From Candidatus Woesearchaeota archaeon (GTDB lineage Archaea > Nanobdellota > Nanobdellia > Pacearchaeales > GW2011-AR1): a DNA stretch of 56,496 nt. The stretch covers positions 1-56,496 of the forward strand of contig CAYRXU010000004.1 in assembly GCA_964428325.1 (NCBI GenBank), in the 5' to 3' direction. The position numbers and the translations under genes were made by a program. Under the pieces are notes generated by a model. The model worked only from the letters and a program-made list of their open reading frames with translations. It had not been told where the DNA came from and made no database searches. Within the stretch, counting starts at the first letter, position 1; each line of letters opens with the position of its first letter. Shown piece by piece: positions 45,963 through 56,435 of this stretch.

Positions 45963-46232
45963 ATGGAAATGGCAAAGAAAGCGCCTCCGAAAGGAAAAGC
46001 GCAGACGACGCCTGCACAGAGAACGAGCTGCTTAAAAATGGTCTTTGGTAGAGATTATTCTTCAAGGATTAAGGATTATCAGGATTCACCTTCTCCCGGA
46101 TTACACGAAGACGTATCTCAGCATCAAATCAACCGAATAGACAGAGATCCAATATTGCCGGGTATAATACGCGCTAGAGAAGCAGGTGCAGAACCAAGGA
46201 TTAATTATTCAGAGCGAGACGTACAAGAATAA
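45963..46232 (+). CDS. Hypothetical protein
   Basis: 89-aa ORF. Confidence 0.4.
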   Translation: MEMAKKAPPKGKAQTTPAQRTSCLKMVFGRDYSSRIKDYQDSPSPGLHEDVSQHQINRIDRDPILPGIIRAREAGAEPRINYSERDVQE

Positions 46233-46237
46233 ATCAA

Positions 46238-46627
46238 ATGAAAAATGTCGGATTATGTACAAATTTCTCACTTTTTCCAAAGGACGAACCATATGGAAAA
46301 GGAAACATCAAGAGGCTTGAAGAATACCTAAAGGAAAATGAATTCTCTCAGAATTCAGAATCTCAATCGACCTGGGAGAGACAAATAAAACACGATGATG
46401 GCGTTTACACAATGCAAGTAATACTTACTGAAAATGGTTCTTTAAGAGACACTCCTCCTGGAAAAAGGAATATAATCCCTGTGATCTGGTTTGCAAGCAT
46501 AAAAAATCCGCCCACGAGAGAAGGAGAGAAGCCAGAAGACAGGGCATATCATCAATTAATAGCGAAAAAACACTTAAATGATGCGTTTCTCATCGGAAAA
46601 CCATCGTATAGCTACGTAGTTCTCTAG
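46238..46627 (+). CDS. Hypothetical protein
   Basis: 129-aa ORF. Confidence 0.55.
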   Translation: MKNVGLCTNFSLFPKDEPYGKGNIKRLEEYLKENEFSQNSESQSTWERQIKHDDGVYTMQVILTENGSLRDTPPGKRNIIPVIWFASIKNPPTREGEKPEDRAYHQLIAKKHLNDAFLIGKPSYSYVVL

Positions 46628-46678
46628 AACAATCTATATCACAATAATGTATAAAAACCCACACGTCAGAAAGCAAGT

Positions 46679-47644
46679 ATGACGCAGACCGATATCTGGA
46701 CAGAAAGATACCGGCCAGCAAACTTTGAAGAGGTCGTTGGTCAACACGAAATTGTTAAGCGTGTTCGCTCGTTAGTACAAGCAATGAACATTCCTCATCT
46801 ATTGTTCGCAGGCCCAGCAGGAACAGGAAAATCAACACTCGCACTAATTATCGTAAAGGAACTTTTCGGCGAAACTTGGAAGCAAAATTATCTTGAGCTC
46901 AACGCAAGCGACGAACGAGGTATTGACGTTGTTCGTCAAAAAGTAAAAGATTTTGCAAGAACAAAAGCCCTAGGTAATGTTCCATTCAAGGTAATCTTCC
47001 TTGACGAAGCTGACGCATTGACAAGAGAAGCACAGCAGGCCCTAAGAAGAACTATGGAAAATTACACCAACACCTGTCGCTTTATCATGTCATGCAACTA
47101 CTCAAGCCAAATCATCGATCCGATACAATCGCGTTGCGTCGTGTTCAGATTCAAACTCCTTGAAAAGAAAGATGTCATGTCAGTCATCAAACGCATAGGC
47201 GAAAAAGAAAAACTCAAGATCGCGGACGACACATTTGACGCACTCTATGAAAGTAGCGAAGGTGATTGCAGAAGAGCAATAAACCTCTTACAAGCCACAG
47301 CATCCATCTCCCCAGACATCAACGCAGAGATGGTAAACATCATCGCATCCAAGTCAAAGCCAGCCAACATCAGAATCGTTCTTGATTACGCCCTTGCAGG
47401 CGACTTCATGAACGCTCGTGAAAAGCTCCTCGATGTCATGCTCAAGGAAAGTATTGCAGGTGTAGACGTCATTAAAGCTATCCAAAAAGAGGTATGGAAT
47501 CTCCAGGTAGAACCAGAACTCAAACTAAGACTCACAGAAAAGACAGGTGAAACAGAGTTCCGTATGGTCGAAGGTAGTGATGAATTCGTGCAACTCCAAG
47601 CCCTCTTGGCATCCTTCGTTATGGCCGGCAGGGGCAAATCCTAA
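46679..47644 (+). CDS. rfcS: Replication factor C small subunit
   Basis: WTERYRP, GPAGTGKS, LELNASDERG, LDEAD, SRC. Confidence 0.97.
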   Translation: MTQTDIWTERYRPANFEEVVGQHEIVKRVRSLVQAMNIPHLLFAGPAGTGKSTLALIIVKELFGETWKQNYLELNASDERGIDVVRQKVKDFARTKALGNVPFKVIFLDEADALTREAQQALRRTMENYTNTCRFIMSCNYSSQIIDPIQSRCVVFRFKLLEKKDVMSVIKRIGEKEKLKIADDTFDALYESSEGDCRRAINLLQATASISPDINAEMVNIIASKSKPANIRIVLDYALAGDFMNAREKLLDVMLKESIAGVDVIKAIQKEVWNLQVEPELKLRLTEKTGETEFRMVEGSDEFVQLQALLASFVMAGRGKS

Positions 47645-47652
47645 TCATAAGC

Positions 47653-48807
47653 ATGACCTTAGTCGAGAAATATCGCCCCAAAAAATATGTAGACATGATT
47701 GGCCATGAGCCAGCAGTTCTTGCAGTCAGATCTTTCTTAGCCGAATTCCCAAAAAAGAAAGCGATTCTACTCTATGGTGCTCCTGGAACAGGCAAGACAT
47801 CTCTTGCACATGTAGCAGCTCATGAAAACGGTGCAGAGATCTTTGAGCTTAACTCATCAGACTTGAGAAACAGAATAAAGCTAGAAGAAGTGCTCAAGCC
47901 CGCATCACGCCAAGAAAGCCTCTTCAAGAAAAATAAGATTCTTCTAGTCGACGAAGTCGACGGAGTTACAGGTACAGATATTGGGGGCATTCAAGAGCTC
48001 ATCCGCATTATCAACCAAACATCTCACCCGGTCATTATAACAGGTAACGACGTCTGGCAAACAAAGCTCGCGCCGCTCCGACCACTGTGCACACTCGTAG
48101 AAATGAAAGCACTCAAGCCTGAAACAATTCAAACATTTCTGCATATGATTTGCGCCAAAGAAGGCATTGAAGAAAATCCCCACTTCCTTCGCCAAATAGC
48201 TCTAAAGTCACAAGGAGATATGCGCGCAGCATTAAATGATCTGCAAGTCTACAGCATAGACAAGGACATGCCTGTCGATAGCGACAAACGTAACAAGGAA
48301 GATAGTATCTTCAACATCCTCAAGCTCATCTTCCAAGAGAGACAAGATTTCCTCCAACTCTTTGACAACACAGAGCTCTCCCTTGATGAAATCCTCCTCT
48401 GGATCGAAGAAAACATCCCGCGCGAATACAAAGAAGAAGCTCTCCTCAAGGCATATATCGCACTCGGTAATGCTGATGTTCATCGTGGTCGTATCTACAG
48501 AAAGCAACACTGGCGTTTTCTCCTCTATCAAAACATCTTCCAGAGTGCAGGCATAGCGTACGCAAAAAAGCTCCCACGCTCAACATTCACCAAGTACGAA
48601 CGCCCGAAGCGTGTACTGAAAATCTGGCTCAACAATCAGAAGACAGCAAAGAAGAAAACCATCGCACAAAAATACGCCAAGGCAGTCCACTGCTCGGTCA
48701 AGCGTGCAATGAGAGACTTCGACATCCTACGTCCAATCTTACAAAACCAAACAATACAACAACAGCTCAAGCTCGAAGATGATGAGATAGATTTCTTGAA
48801 GAAGTAA
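47653..48807 (+). CDS. rfcL: Replication factor C large subunit
   Basis: LVEKYRP, GAPGTGKT, ELNSSD, DEVDG, GDMRAALNDL. Confidence 0.95.
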   Translation: MTLVEKYRPKKYVDMIGHEPAVLAVRSFLAEFPKKKAILLYGAPGTGKTSLAHVAAHENGAEIFELNSSDLRNRIKLEEVLKPASRQESLFKKNKILLVDEVDGVTGTDIGGIQELIRIINQTSHPVIITGNDVWQTKLAPLRPLCTLVEMKALKPETIQTFLHMICAKEGIEENPHFLRQIALKSQGDMRAALNDLQVYSIDKDMPVDSDKRNKEDSIFNILKLIFQERQDFLQLFDNTELSLDEILLWIEENIPREYKEEALLKAYIALGNADVHRGRIYRKQHWRFLLYQNIFQSAGIAYAKKLPRSTFTKYERPKRVLKIWLNNQKTAKKKTIAQKYAKAVHCSVKRAMRDFDILRPILQNQTIQQQLKLEDDEIDFLKK

Positions 48808-49494
48808 CTATCTTGCCTTCTCAAATAACTCGTTTACTTTCTTCCAATTAACAACATTCCAAAAGGCAGCAATGTAGTCTGCACGCTTGCTCTGGTGTTT
48901 CAAATAGTACGCATGTTCCCACACATCAAGGCCAAGCAAGGGAGTCTTTCCATCCATAATTGGCGAATCCTGGTTTGCGGTAGTTATAATGGCAAGTTCA
49001 CCAGGCAACCTAGTAGATGATTCCGCATTGCTCATATCATACATCACAGCCTTGCGAGAAGGAACAAGCACAAGCCAAGCCCAGCCGCTTCCAAATCTTC
49101 CAAGAGCTGCCTCTGTAAACTTCTTCTTGAACTCATCAACACTACCGAAAGTCTTCTTAATCTCATCAGCAATATTACCCTCTAAAACTCGATCCTTGAC
49201 ATTCGGAGTCATAAGTTGCCAGAATAAACTATGATTTGCATGTCCTCCTCCGTGATTACGCAGAGCATTATAAGTAGACTCGGGAGTATGCGGTATCTTG
49301 TTAAGCTGGGAAAGTAATTCCTCAATTGAAAGGTTAAGAAAGTTCATTGCCTCAGGTTTACCTAACGCGTCATTCAACTTATCTACGTATGTCTGATGGT
49401 GCTTCGTATGATGGATCTCCATCGTCTTAGCATCTATGTGCGGCTCAAGAGCATCATACGCATAAGGTAATTTTGGTAATGTAAATTTACTCAT
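48808..49494 (-). CDS. sod: Fe/Mn superoxide dismutase (Mn-type signature)
   Basis: [32 protein letters not shown]. Confidence 0.95.
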   Translation of the reverse strand: MSKFTLPKLPYAYDALEPHIDAKTMEIHHTKHHQTYVDKLNDALGKPEAMNFLNLSIEELLSQLNKIPHTPESTYNALRNHGGGHANHSLFWQLMTPNVKDRVLEGNIADEIKKTFGSVDEFKKKFTEAALGRFGSGWAWLVLVPSRKAVMYDMSNAESSTRLPGELAIITTANQDSPIMDGKTPLLGLDVWEHAYYLKHQSKRADYIAAFWNVVNWKKVNELFEKAR

Positions 49495-49529
49495 CTTAAA
49501 ACAATATAACGGGCATATTTAATATTTTG

Positions 49530-50129
49530 CTACCAAGAATGAAGATAAAGTACCTGCTTTGCAAACCTCGGATCTTGCTTATCAGAAAAACCGGCTAGCA
49601 CTGCATTAGCCGCTTCTTCTAAAATACCAATTCTAGAATAGAAATCTTGGAAGTTGCCTATCTTTAATGGTATGGCTCCTGCATCGCCAACAATCAAATA
49701 ACGAGTAGGGACACTAAAACCAGGGTTCATTACGGAAATTAACATCTCAGAATTTCCTCTGCCGCCCAAGATATAACCCTGAGCATCCCCAAGGTCTATC
49801 CATTTCTCCTTAAAGGCATCAGATAAAGCACTAGAAAAAGTGGAAAAATGAGAATCATCCTTAAAATCGAAATCAACTATTCCTCTGCACAGTTCATTTT
49901 GACGTCTAAAAAGGAGATTTACACTTCGCATAGGAGCGCCAAGAGGTGAAGGAATACCCCTGTAATCAATAACAATAGGTTTAGAATGAGTGGGGTCGCC
50001 CTTCCAGGCTTCAGAGCTAGGATGATCGTAACTCAAACAGGAATGAAGCCCTTCAAGCCCAGAAAGCTCAATTCTCATAAAAAACAATATTATAAAAGAA
50101 TTATAAATCTTTCCAAAAATCTCAAGCAA
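49530..50129 (-). CDS. Hypothetical protein
   Basis: 199-aa ORF; true start probably the internal ATG. Confidence 0.5.
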   Translation of the reverse strand: MLEIFGKIYNSFIILFFMRIELSGLEGLHSCLSYDHPSSEAWKGDPTHSKPIVIDYRGIPSPLGAPMRSVNLLFRRQNELCRGIVDFDFKDDSHFSTFSSALSDAFKEKWIDLGDAQGYILGGRGNSEMLISVMNPGFSVPTRYLIVGDAGAIPLKIGNFQDFYSRIGILEEAANAVLAGFSDKQDPRFAKQVLYLHSW

Positions 50130-51045
50130 TCTTAGCTAGTTCAGCTTCAATCGTTGTCTTGAACTGTGCATATGGATAAGCACCTTCAAGGAACACGCCA
50201 TTAACGAAGAAGCCAGGCGTACCGCTCACACCTAGACTAGAACCATAAGCCATTTCAGCATTGATCTTATCGGTGAATTCTCCCGCGTTTAGGCAAGCAT
50301 CAAACTGTGCACCATTAGCGCCCAATTCACGAGCCCACTTCTTGTAGTTCTCAGTACTCAAAGAACCCTGATTCTCGAACAACTTATCATGGAACTTGTA
50401 AAACTCAGCATCATTTCCGCCACGCACCTTCTCAAAACATAGAGCAGCATTAGCAGCAGGCATGGCCTCAGGATGGAAGTCAAGTGGGAAGTTCATATAG
50501 TAGAACTTAACCTTGCCAGTCTTAACATAGTCTTCCTTTATACCAGCTACAGCATCTGAATAAGCACGCTCACAGAATGGACACTGGAAGTCAGAAAATT
50601 CAACAATCGTAATAGGAGCATCAGCATTACCCATCATAGGAACGCCCTCTAGTTTGCTCTCATCAATATCAACAAAAGTAGGCGTAGTAACAGTTTCAGT
50701 TCCTGCTGCAGCAGAACCATCAAGAGGAGTTACCTGAGGAACAAGGTTCTTTCCATCTGTCGTGGCATAAACAGGAACAGTCTGACCTTGATAAGTTACA
50801 GTAACTTTGTACAATCCATTCTCTTTCTCAACAGACTGTAAAACAACTCCACCTCCAGTCTGACCATTCAAATAAGCAACAACATCCTCACCGACTTTAG
50901 CGCTACTTGCGCCTCCAAATCCGCCAGAGGTATTAGCAAAAAGCGTTATGAGAAAAAGAACGCCAAGCACCATAGTGGAAATAATCCAAGGATTAGCACG
51001 CATCTCTGCCATGAACCCCTTTTCTTTTTGTGGATTTGCTTCCAT
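50122..51045 (-). CDS. DsbA-family thioredoxin-fold protein, membrane anchored
   Basis: FSDFQCPFC, FPLDFH, GVSGTPGFFVNG. Confidence 0.92.
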   Translation of the reverse strand: MEANPQKEKGFMAEMRANPWIISTMVLGVLFLITLFANTSGGFGGASSAKVGEDVVAYLNGQTGGGVVLQSVEKENGLYKVTVTYQGQTVPVYATTDGKNLVPQVTPLDGSAAAGTETVTTPTFVDIDESKLEGVPMMGNADAPITIVEFSDFQCPFCERAYSDAVAGIKEDYVKTGKVKFYYMNFPLDFHPEAMPAANAALCFEKVRGGNDAEFYKFHDKLFENQGSLSTENYKKWARELGANGAQFDACLNAGEFTDKINAEMAYGSSLGVSGTPGFFVNGVFLEGAYPYAQFKTTIEAELAKIA

Positions 51046-51121
51046 TCATCGTCAAACTCAGCCTGCTTTAAAAATCTTATGCAAGAATACACTTATATAC
51101 AATCCACCATATTCATAGTTT

Positions 51122-52432
51122 ATGCCTTACGATATTGTTCTCGGACGCGACACAAGCGATAAAAAGAAATTCGGAAAAGAGGGTCTAGTCTATCTAGGCC
51201 GCGGTTACGTTACTATGGGCACTCACACCTCTCTTTCAAACCACCTCTACATGGATGTAGCACGAAGCCACGTCGTTCTTGTAGCAGGAAAACGCGGCAG
51301 CGGTAAGAGCTACACGCTAGGAGTCATTGCCGAAGAGCTTGCCAATCTCCCTCCGGAAAGCGCCCGTAATATCGGCACACTCCTTTTCGACACCATGGGT
51401 ATCTTCTGGACTATGAAATTCAAAAACGACAAAGACACTGCACTTCTTGCAGACTGGAAACTCGAAACAAAGCCGCTCAATGTTCGTGTCCTCGTTCCTG
51501 CAGGCAAGGCACATGAATACAAAGAAAAAGGAATTCCTTTCGATGACAGTTTTGCACTAAGTGCGTCTGAACTAGATATGGACGATTGGCTCTCAATCTT
51601 CAACCTAACGATGACCTCTCCCGAAGGCACGCTCCTAGCGAGAACACTTGCAACAATAAAGCAACAAATGAAATCCTACTCCATTCGAGACATGAAATCG
51701 CAAATTCAACGAGACAATCAAACCACGCCAGATAGCCGAAACGCCCTGCTTGCACTCTTAGGCGCGGCAGAAACTTGGGGAATATTCTCACGTGAAGCAC
51801 AAGGCACAGAAGTCTCCTCTCTAGTAAAGGGCGGTCAAAGCACAGTGCTCGATCTTTCAGTTTACAGTGCTACAAGCGCATTCAACGTGCGCGCCCTAGT
51901 CATCGGTCTAGTATCAAGAAAACTATTCAACGAACGCATGGATGAACGCAAGAAGGAAGAGTTGCAATCGCTCAGACACGGTACCGATTACCTTTCACAC
52001 TCTACACAGAGAGACATGCCTCTTGTCTGGCTCTTCGTTGATGAAGCACACGAATTTCTTCCAAAAAACGCAAAAACACCAGCCACAGAAGCGCTTGTAC
52101 AAATCCTTCGCGAAGGTCGTCAGCCAGGTATATCTCTTGTGTTAGCAACACAACAGCCAGGCCAAATCCACAACGATGTCATGACTCAAAGCGATATTGT
52201 ACTCTCGCATAAACTAACTTCACAACAAGACCTTGAAGCCCTCAATCATATAATGCAATCCTATGTCTTAGAACACATCAATAGAAAAATGAGCGAACTT
52301 CCCCAACTCAAGGGCTCAGCAATCATACTAGATGACAACTCAGAACGCATCTACGCCATGCGCGTGCGCCCCAGATTCACATGGCACGGTGGCGAAGCAC
52401 CTACTGCAATAAAAGCAGATAGCCAGTTCTAA
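51122..52432 (+). CDS. HerA/FtsK-superfamily ATPase (DUF87-like)
   Basis: GKRGSGKS, FVDEAH, REGR, LATQQP. Confidence 0.88.
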   Translation: MPYDIVLGRDTSDKKKFGKEGLVYLGRGYVTMGTHTSLSNHLYMDVARSHVVLVAGKRGSGKSYTLGVIAEELANLPPESARNIGTLLFDTMGIFWTMKFKNDKDTALLADWKLETKPLNVRVLVPAGKAHEYKEKGIPFDDSFALSASELDMDDWLSIFNLTMTSPEGTLLARTLATIKQQMKSYSIRDMKSQIQRDNQTTPDSRNALLALLGAAETWGIFSREAQGTEVSSLVKGGQSTVLDLSVYSATSAFNVRALVIGLVSRKLFNERMDERKKEELQSLRHGTDYLSHSTQRDMPLVWLFVDEAHEFLPKNAKTPATEALVQILREGRQPGISLVLATQQPGQIHNDVMTQSDIVLSHKLTSQQDLEALNHIMQSYVLEHINRKMSELPQLKGSAIILDDNSERIYAMRVRPRFTWHGGEAPTAIKADSQF

Positions 52433-52668
52433 TGTCCTTCTTCAAAAGGTTTCCACATTTAAGAAGTTATGGAAATAAAACATTAGAAGAAAGTGCCCAT
52501 CAAGAATACTTAGATCAAATGTGGCTCATAAATTTAGCAGGCAGAATAAACCCAAAAGAATTCGAAGAAGATACGCTATCCATACAAGGATTGTTCATCT
52601 TAGAAAGAATAATCGAATATGAAGATGTCAAACCACGTAATCTTGAAAGGGACATAACATCTAATTAA
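52432..52668 (+). CDS. Hypothetical protein
   Basis: 78 aa; TAATG overlap with the ATPase stop. Confidence 0.45.
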   Translation: MSFFKRFPHLRSYGNKTLEESAHQEYLDQMWLINLAGRINPKEFEEDTLSIQGLFILERIIEYEDVKPRNLERDITSN

Positions 52669-53434
52669 TAATCTTCAAATCAGCCCGGTAACGATACTTC
52701 CGCTTACCAATATTCCCTGCTTCCTTGACACTTACAATCTTAATCTTCTTTTTCGCCTTCTTCGCTTCGCCCATAATCATCTCATTCATAAGCCCTAGAT
52801 CCTCTTCAGGATAAAATCCATAATAGTGAATCATGCCGCCCTTCTTTATCTTCTTGAAAGCCACATCAAGAAAGCTGTCAGATAAATTAGGTCTCGCCAT
52901 CACGATTCTGTCAAAATTACCCGATAGCTTCGGAACAACGCGACGTACATCTCCCTGCACACAACTCACAATATCACCAACTTTATTGCGTTTCACATTC
53001 TCAACAGCATACCGTGAAGGAACACGTCCAAGTTCCACACTCACAACCTCGCTTGGCTTCTTGCTCTTTCCAATAACAAAAGCAAAAACGCCAACACCCC
53101 CAAACATGACGAGCACTCGCTCACCCTTTTTGACAAGAGATGCAAGCTCGCTTCGCTCGCTGGATAGACGAGGGGAAAAATAACACGTATCAACATTCAA
53201 CCTAAACTCACATCCATTCTCACGATGAAGAGCCTCCTTCGTCTTAACACCTGCAATAAACTTAGTCGTAGGTGTTCTCAACCGCCCAGAAATCTTCCCG
53301 CTTTTCTCAAGCACAGTTTTCACGCTGGAGTGCTCTCTCAAGAACTTCACAGCCCATCGTTTCTTCGCAGTCATAGAGATTCCACGCTCAAACTTCACAA
53401 CAACAATATTTCCGATAATATCATACGGCGCCAT
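52661..53434 (-). CDS. Trm5/Taw2 (Met-10+) family tRNA-modifying SAM enzyme
   Basis: YDIIGNI, TCYFSPRL..ER, MFGGVG, DRIVM. Confidence 0.88.
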   Translation of the reverse strand: MAPYDIIGNIVVVKFERGISMTAKKRWAVKFLREHSSVKTVLEKSGKISGRLRTPTTKFIAGVKTKEALHRENGCEFRLNVDTCYFSPRLSSERSELASLVKKGERVLVMFGGVGVFAFVIGKSKKPSEVVSVELGRVPSRYAVENVKRNKVGDIVSCVQGDVRRVVPKLSGNFDRIVMARPNLSDSFLDVAFKKIKKGGMIHYYGFYPEEDLGLMNEMIMGEAKKAKKKIKIVSVKEAGNIGKRKYRYRADLKIIN

Positions 53435-53464
53435 CCCTTATCTAAGAAAACTCTGCTTAAAACC

Positions 53465-53782
53465 CTAACGGCTCAAGTGGCTGAACTTATCGTAGTTATG
53501 CTTTCCAGATCTAAAGAAAGCACGAATGATAATGAAACCCACGCCAGCTGCCAAAGCCATGATCAAAATCCCAAATGCCGCGTTCGTCACCAATTCAGGC
53601 GCACTATACACACGCCAAGCCAACATAACTCCAATAATCAAACACACAATAAATGACATCCTTCTGTCCATCATTCTCTTCATCAAATCGTAAGCAACCA
53701 CAAACACCAACACCCCTAGAGCAATCGAAACAACCTCAATATTCTCGTAACTTACAAAATTAAGGAACCACTCAAATGCCAT
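53465..53782 (-). CDS. Small membrane protein
   Basis: 3 TMs and a basic C-tail. Confidence 0.65.
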   Translation of the reverse strand: MAFEWFLNFVSYENIEVVSIALGVLVFVVAYDLMKRMMDRRMSFIVCLIIGVMLAWRVYSAPELVTNAAFGILIMALAAGVGFIIIRAFFRSGKHNYDKFSHLSR

Positions 53783-53851
53783 ACCACTCTAGGCCTCAAC
53801 AATTTATAAACATACGGCAAAGCATTTATACCGTCTTGCACTCATACCCTC

Positions 53852-54493
53852 ATGAAAAAGTCGTGGTGGGCATTAGCCATTCTCCTCCTACTGGTCATAC
53901 CGCTCGTACATGCAGAAGACCCTCAAAGCGGAGCAGAATTCAATAAAACTCTCAACGACGCACGACAAGTCACACTCAAAGCCCTACAAGAAAAGTCAGA
54001 CGCAGTAGCAGAAAAACAAATCGATCTCCCTAAGTGGCTTGAACCAATAATAAAGGCGCTATTCAGATTCGAAGAACCATTCACACTATCACACGTCATA
54101 ATAGCACTTTGTTTGTTCGCAATATTTGCAACAGTATTCATTGATATACTTCAACTATTCTCAGTCTTCTCAGATACAACTTCAATGGTAATAGGACTGT
54201 GTATGACAATCATAATGTCTGCCTCAGGAATGATAAACTCTGCGGCCCTCTTCCTTATGGATAAAGGCAGCCTCTTCAGAATAGTATCCGGATGGACAGC
54301 AGGAGCGTTGTTCTTCATAGTCATAATATTAGTACTGCTCTGGTTTGCACTACGAAATATATTCCGATGGTTCCATGAATACAAGTTGCTAAGAATTGCA
54401 AAAAAAGAAGGTCTTGAAGCAGGAGCAGAGCTAGCATTTGTAAGATGGGTAAAGAATACTTACATGGATATGGCTAATTGGATAAAGAGTTAG
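53852..54493 (+). CDS. Membrane protein with signal peptide (paralogous family)
   Basis: Signal peptide, 3-4 TMs, amphipathic basic C-terminus. Confidence 0.7.
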   Translation: MKKSWWALAILLLLVIPLVHAEDPQSGAEFNKTLNDARQVTLKALQEKSDAVAEKQIDLPKWLEPIIKALFRFEEPFTLSHVIIALCLFAIFATVFIDILQLFSVFSDTTSMVIGLCMTIIMSASGMINSAALFLMDKGSLFRIVSGWTAGALFFIVIILVLLWFALRNIFRWFHEYKLLRIAKKEGLEAGAELAFVRWVKNTYMDMANWIKS

Positions 54494-55162
54494 CTAACTT
54501 TCGAGACCGCGCTTTTGTCCCTTCTGGAATGCTTCAATACGTTTGACACTAGTCTCAAGGCCACGCTTTTCGTTCAATTCACGAGCAGCCTTCAAGTAAC
54601 CGCTAATATACCTATTAAGATAAAGATATCCAGTAATCATCGCAATACATACAACAAAAGTTATGAGCGACCAATACCAAACGGATCTATAGAAAATCAC
54701 CTTAATGGCGGCAGCCGCGAGATAATTAAAAATCTGAAGGTGTGCGATGACGATAGTTCCTGCAAATCCAGCAATCCAGCTAGCAGACTCCTTTCCTATG
54801 AAGTAAAGATAACCTGGAAAAGAAAACAACGTGAATAGCCACATCATAAAGACAAGAAGCATCTCAACCGACAAGCTATAATCTCGCGCAAAAAGAACGA
54901 TGTACAAAGGATTAAGCTTATGCATAGCAGAATCAAATCTCTGTATAAAGGGGTTTTTCATGAAGAACTCCTTCCACTCTCCGCTCAGGAAGTTCCAGCG
55001 TTGTGCATCGATATATTCTTGGGCTTGTGATGCACTCATGCCCGTATTATCCAAAGTATTCTGAAGATCGTCAGCGTGAACAACAGAAGCAAGTAAACTA
55101 CATAGTATCAAAGCAAGGACAACGAAACAAAATACTCTCACTCTCATTCCAACCAAAATCAA
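54494..55162 (-). CDS. Membrane protein with signal peptide (paralogous family)
   Basis: Same architecture as 53852-54493. Confidence 0.7.
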   Translation of the reverse strand: MILVGMRVRVFCFVVLALILCSLLASVVHADDLQNTLDNTGMSASQAQEYIDAQRWNFLSGEWKEFFMKNPFIQRFDSAMHKLNPLYIVLFARDYSLSVEMLLVFMMWLFTLFSFPGYLYFIGKESASWIAGFAGTIVIAHLQIFNYLAAAAIKVIFYRSVWYWSLITFVVCIAMITGYLYLNRYISGYLKAARELNEKRGLETSVKRIEAFQKGQKRGLES

Positions 55163-55185
55163 AACCAGTTTATATAAGTTTACAG

Positions 55186-55839
55186 TTAGTGAACAGGAAT
55201 AGTACCGTCGCCGTCACCGCGGACAGCTCTTCCAAATGATTTTATTCCCTCTACGCCCTGAGTCAAATCATTAGCCCCACGTCTGAAAGCAGCCATATCT
55301 CTGCGATGTCTCCAGAAGTTAGAACCAAGCATCACGTGAATTGCGATGAACAAGATGAAAGGCACTGCAATTCCAACAAAGGCACCGATAACGCCAAGAC
55401 CTGAGGTCAAAATCATAGACCAAACTGCTATAAACATAATGAGCTTCAGATTAGCGGCAATCAAAGCAAGCGCAAATCCAATAAGATAGTTGATAGACTG
55501 GCTTGAGAATGTGCCAAACATTCCCAGAATATCCGAGAATACAACAAACAACATAACGAAAAGAGTAATCACAATAATACTGGCACTTATAGGATTAGTC
55601 CAATCAATCAAAAAATCAGGAACTCCTCCAATGATATAACTTACCCAATTCAATTCAGGCTGTCCGATAGCCTCTCCGAACTTGACTGGTGTCGCTGATC
55701 GAGGGTCAGCAGTGGAATTGCTATCATAAACAAGAGCAAAAATAATAATGCCGATAACCGCGAGAACAATAATACCTACCATAGAGCCGCTATTTCTCAT
55801 AGTCATCATAGCCCCGAGTTGTCCTCTTTTATCCACCAT
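55186..55839 (-). CDS. Membrane protein with a class III (prepilin-like) signal motif
   Basis: KRGQ followed by a hydrophobic stretch; TM block similar to 53852-54493. Confidence 0.7.
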   Translation of the reverse strand: MVDKRGQLGAMMTMRNSGSMVGIIVLAVIGIIIFALVYDSNSTADPRSATPVKFGEAIGQPELNWVSYIIGGVPDFLIDWTNPISASIIVITLFVMLFVVFSDILGMFGTFSSQSINYLIGFALALIAANLKLIMFIAVWSMILTSGLGVIGAFVGIAVPFILFIAIHVMLGSNFWRHRRDMAAFRRGANDLTQGVEGIKSFGRAVRGDGDGTIPVH

Positions 55840-55892
55840 TCTCTATCTACCTGAAAGTTCTTTATAAATCTTATGAGAACCGAATATAATAA

Positions 55893-56435
55893 TTAATCTG
55901 CAGGAGGTCCCTTAGGTTGCGGCTTATACGCGGGCTGAGGGTCAAATACATCTGCAAGATTACCTGCTCTCTTGATCAAATAATCGCGTCGGGTCTGTTC
56001 AGGCTCGTAATGTTCAGCAACAAGATTCTTAAGGGCGCCATTGAATACGCGATTATGGGCTGCGAATAGTTCAGGAGCATCTGCATCCTCGCGAACAAAA
56101 CGTTCCGTTCTACCATTGTAAATAACAGTGATTTCCTCTAGAGTTCTTGGATAGAAAATAGGCTCACGCTTGCTGGAAAGATCGAGAATTGGGCCATCGC
56201 TGTCAACATAGCGATAAACAATCTCCTCGCCCTTTACAGAATTATCAGTAACTTCCATAGCATTATCATCGCTTAGACCCTTTCCTTCCGTATAGCTAAC
56301 CGGATACCCATACATGTTGCGATCCTTAGTCTCTGCAGATTTGTTCATAGCAAGGGGAGCAGCAATAGCAAGTGCAGCCAAAACACCAAGGCTTTTACGG
56401 GGATTAGTCTTAACATAATTTCCCATAGTCTTCAA
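55893..56435 (-). CDS. Hypothetical exported protein
   Basis: N-terminal hydrophobic segment; 180 aa. Confidence 0.6.
   Translation of the reverse strand: MKTMGNYVKTNPRKSLGVLAALAIAAPLAMNKSAETKDRNMYGYPVSYTEGKGLSDDNAMEVTDNSVKGEEIVYRYVDSDGPILDLSSKREPIFYPRTLEEITVIYNGRTERFVREDADAPELFAAHNRVFNGALKNLVAEHYEPEQTRRDYLIKRAGNLADVFDPQPAYKPQPKGPPAD

Noticed and set aside
48808-51045. SOD and DsbA as a novel redox island
   Set aside because: Both are ordinary, widespread genes with no unusual architecture apart from a short insert in SOD.
1351-56000. Many short ORFs in the track that lie antisense to or overlap long genes (e.g. 1351-1560, 2560-2943, 10414-10863, 18440-18778, 22153-22563, 43404-43769)
   Set aside because: They are shadows of well-supported genes on the other strand or frame, with no motifs or start signals.
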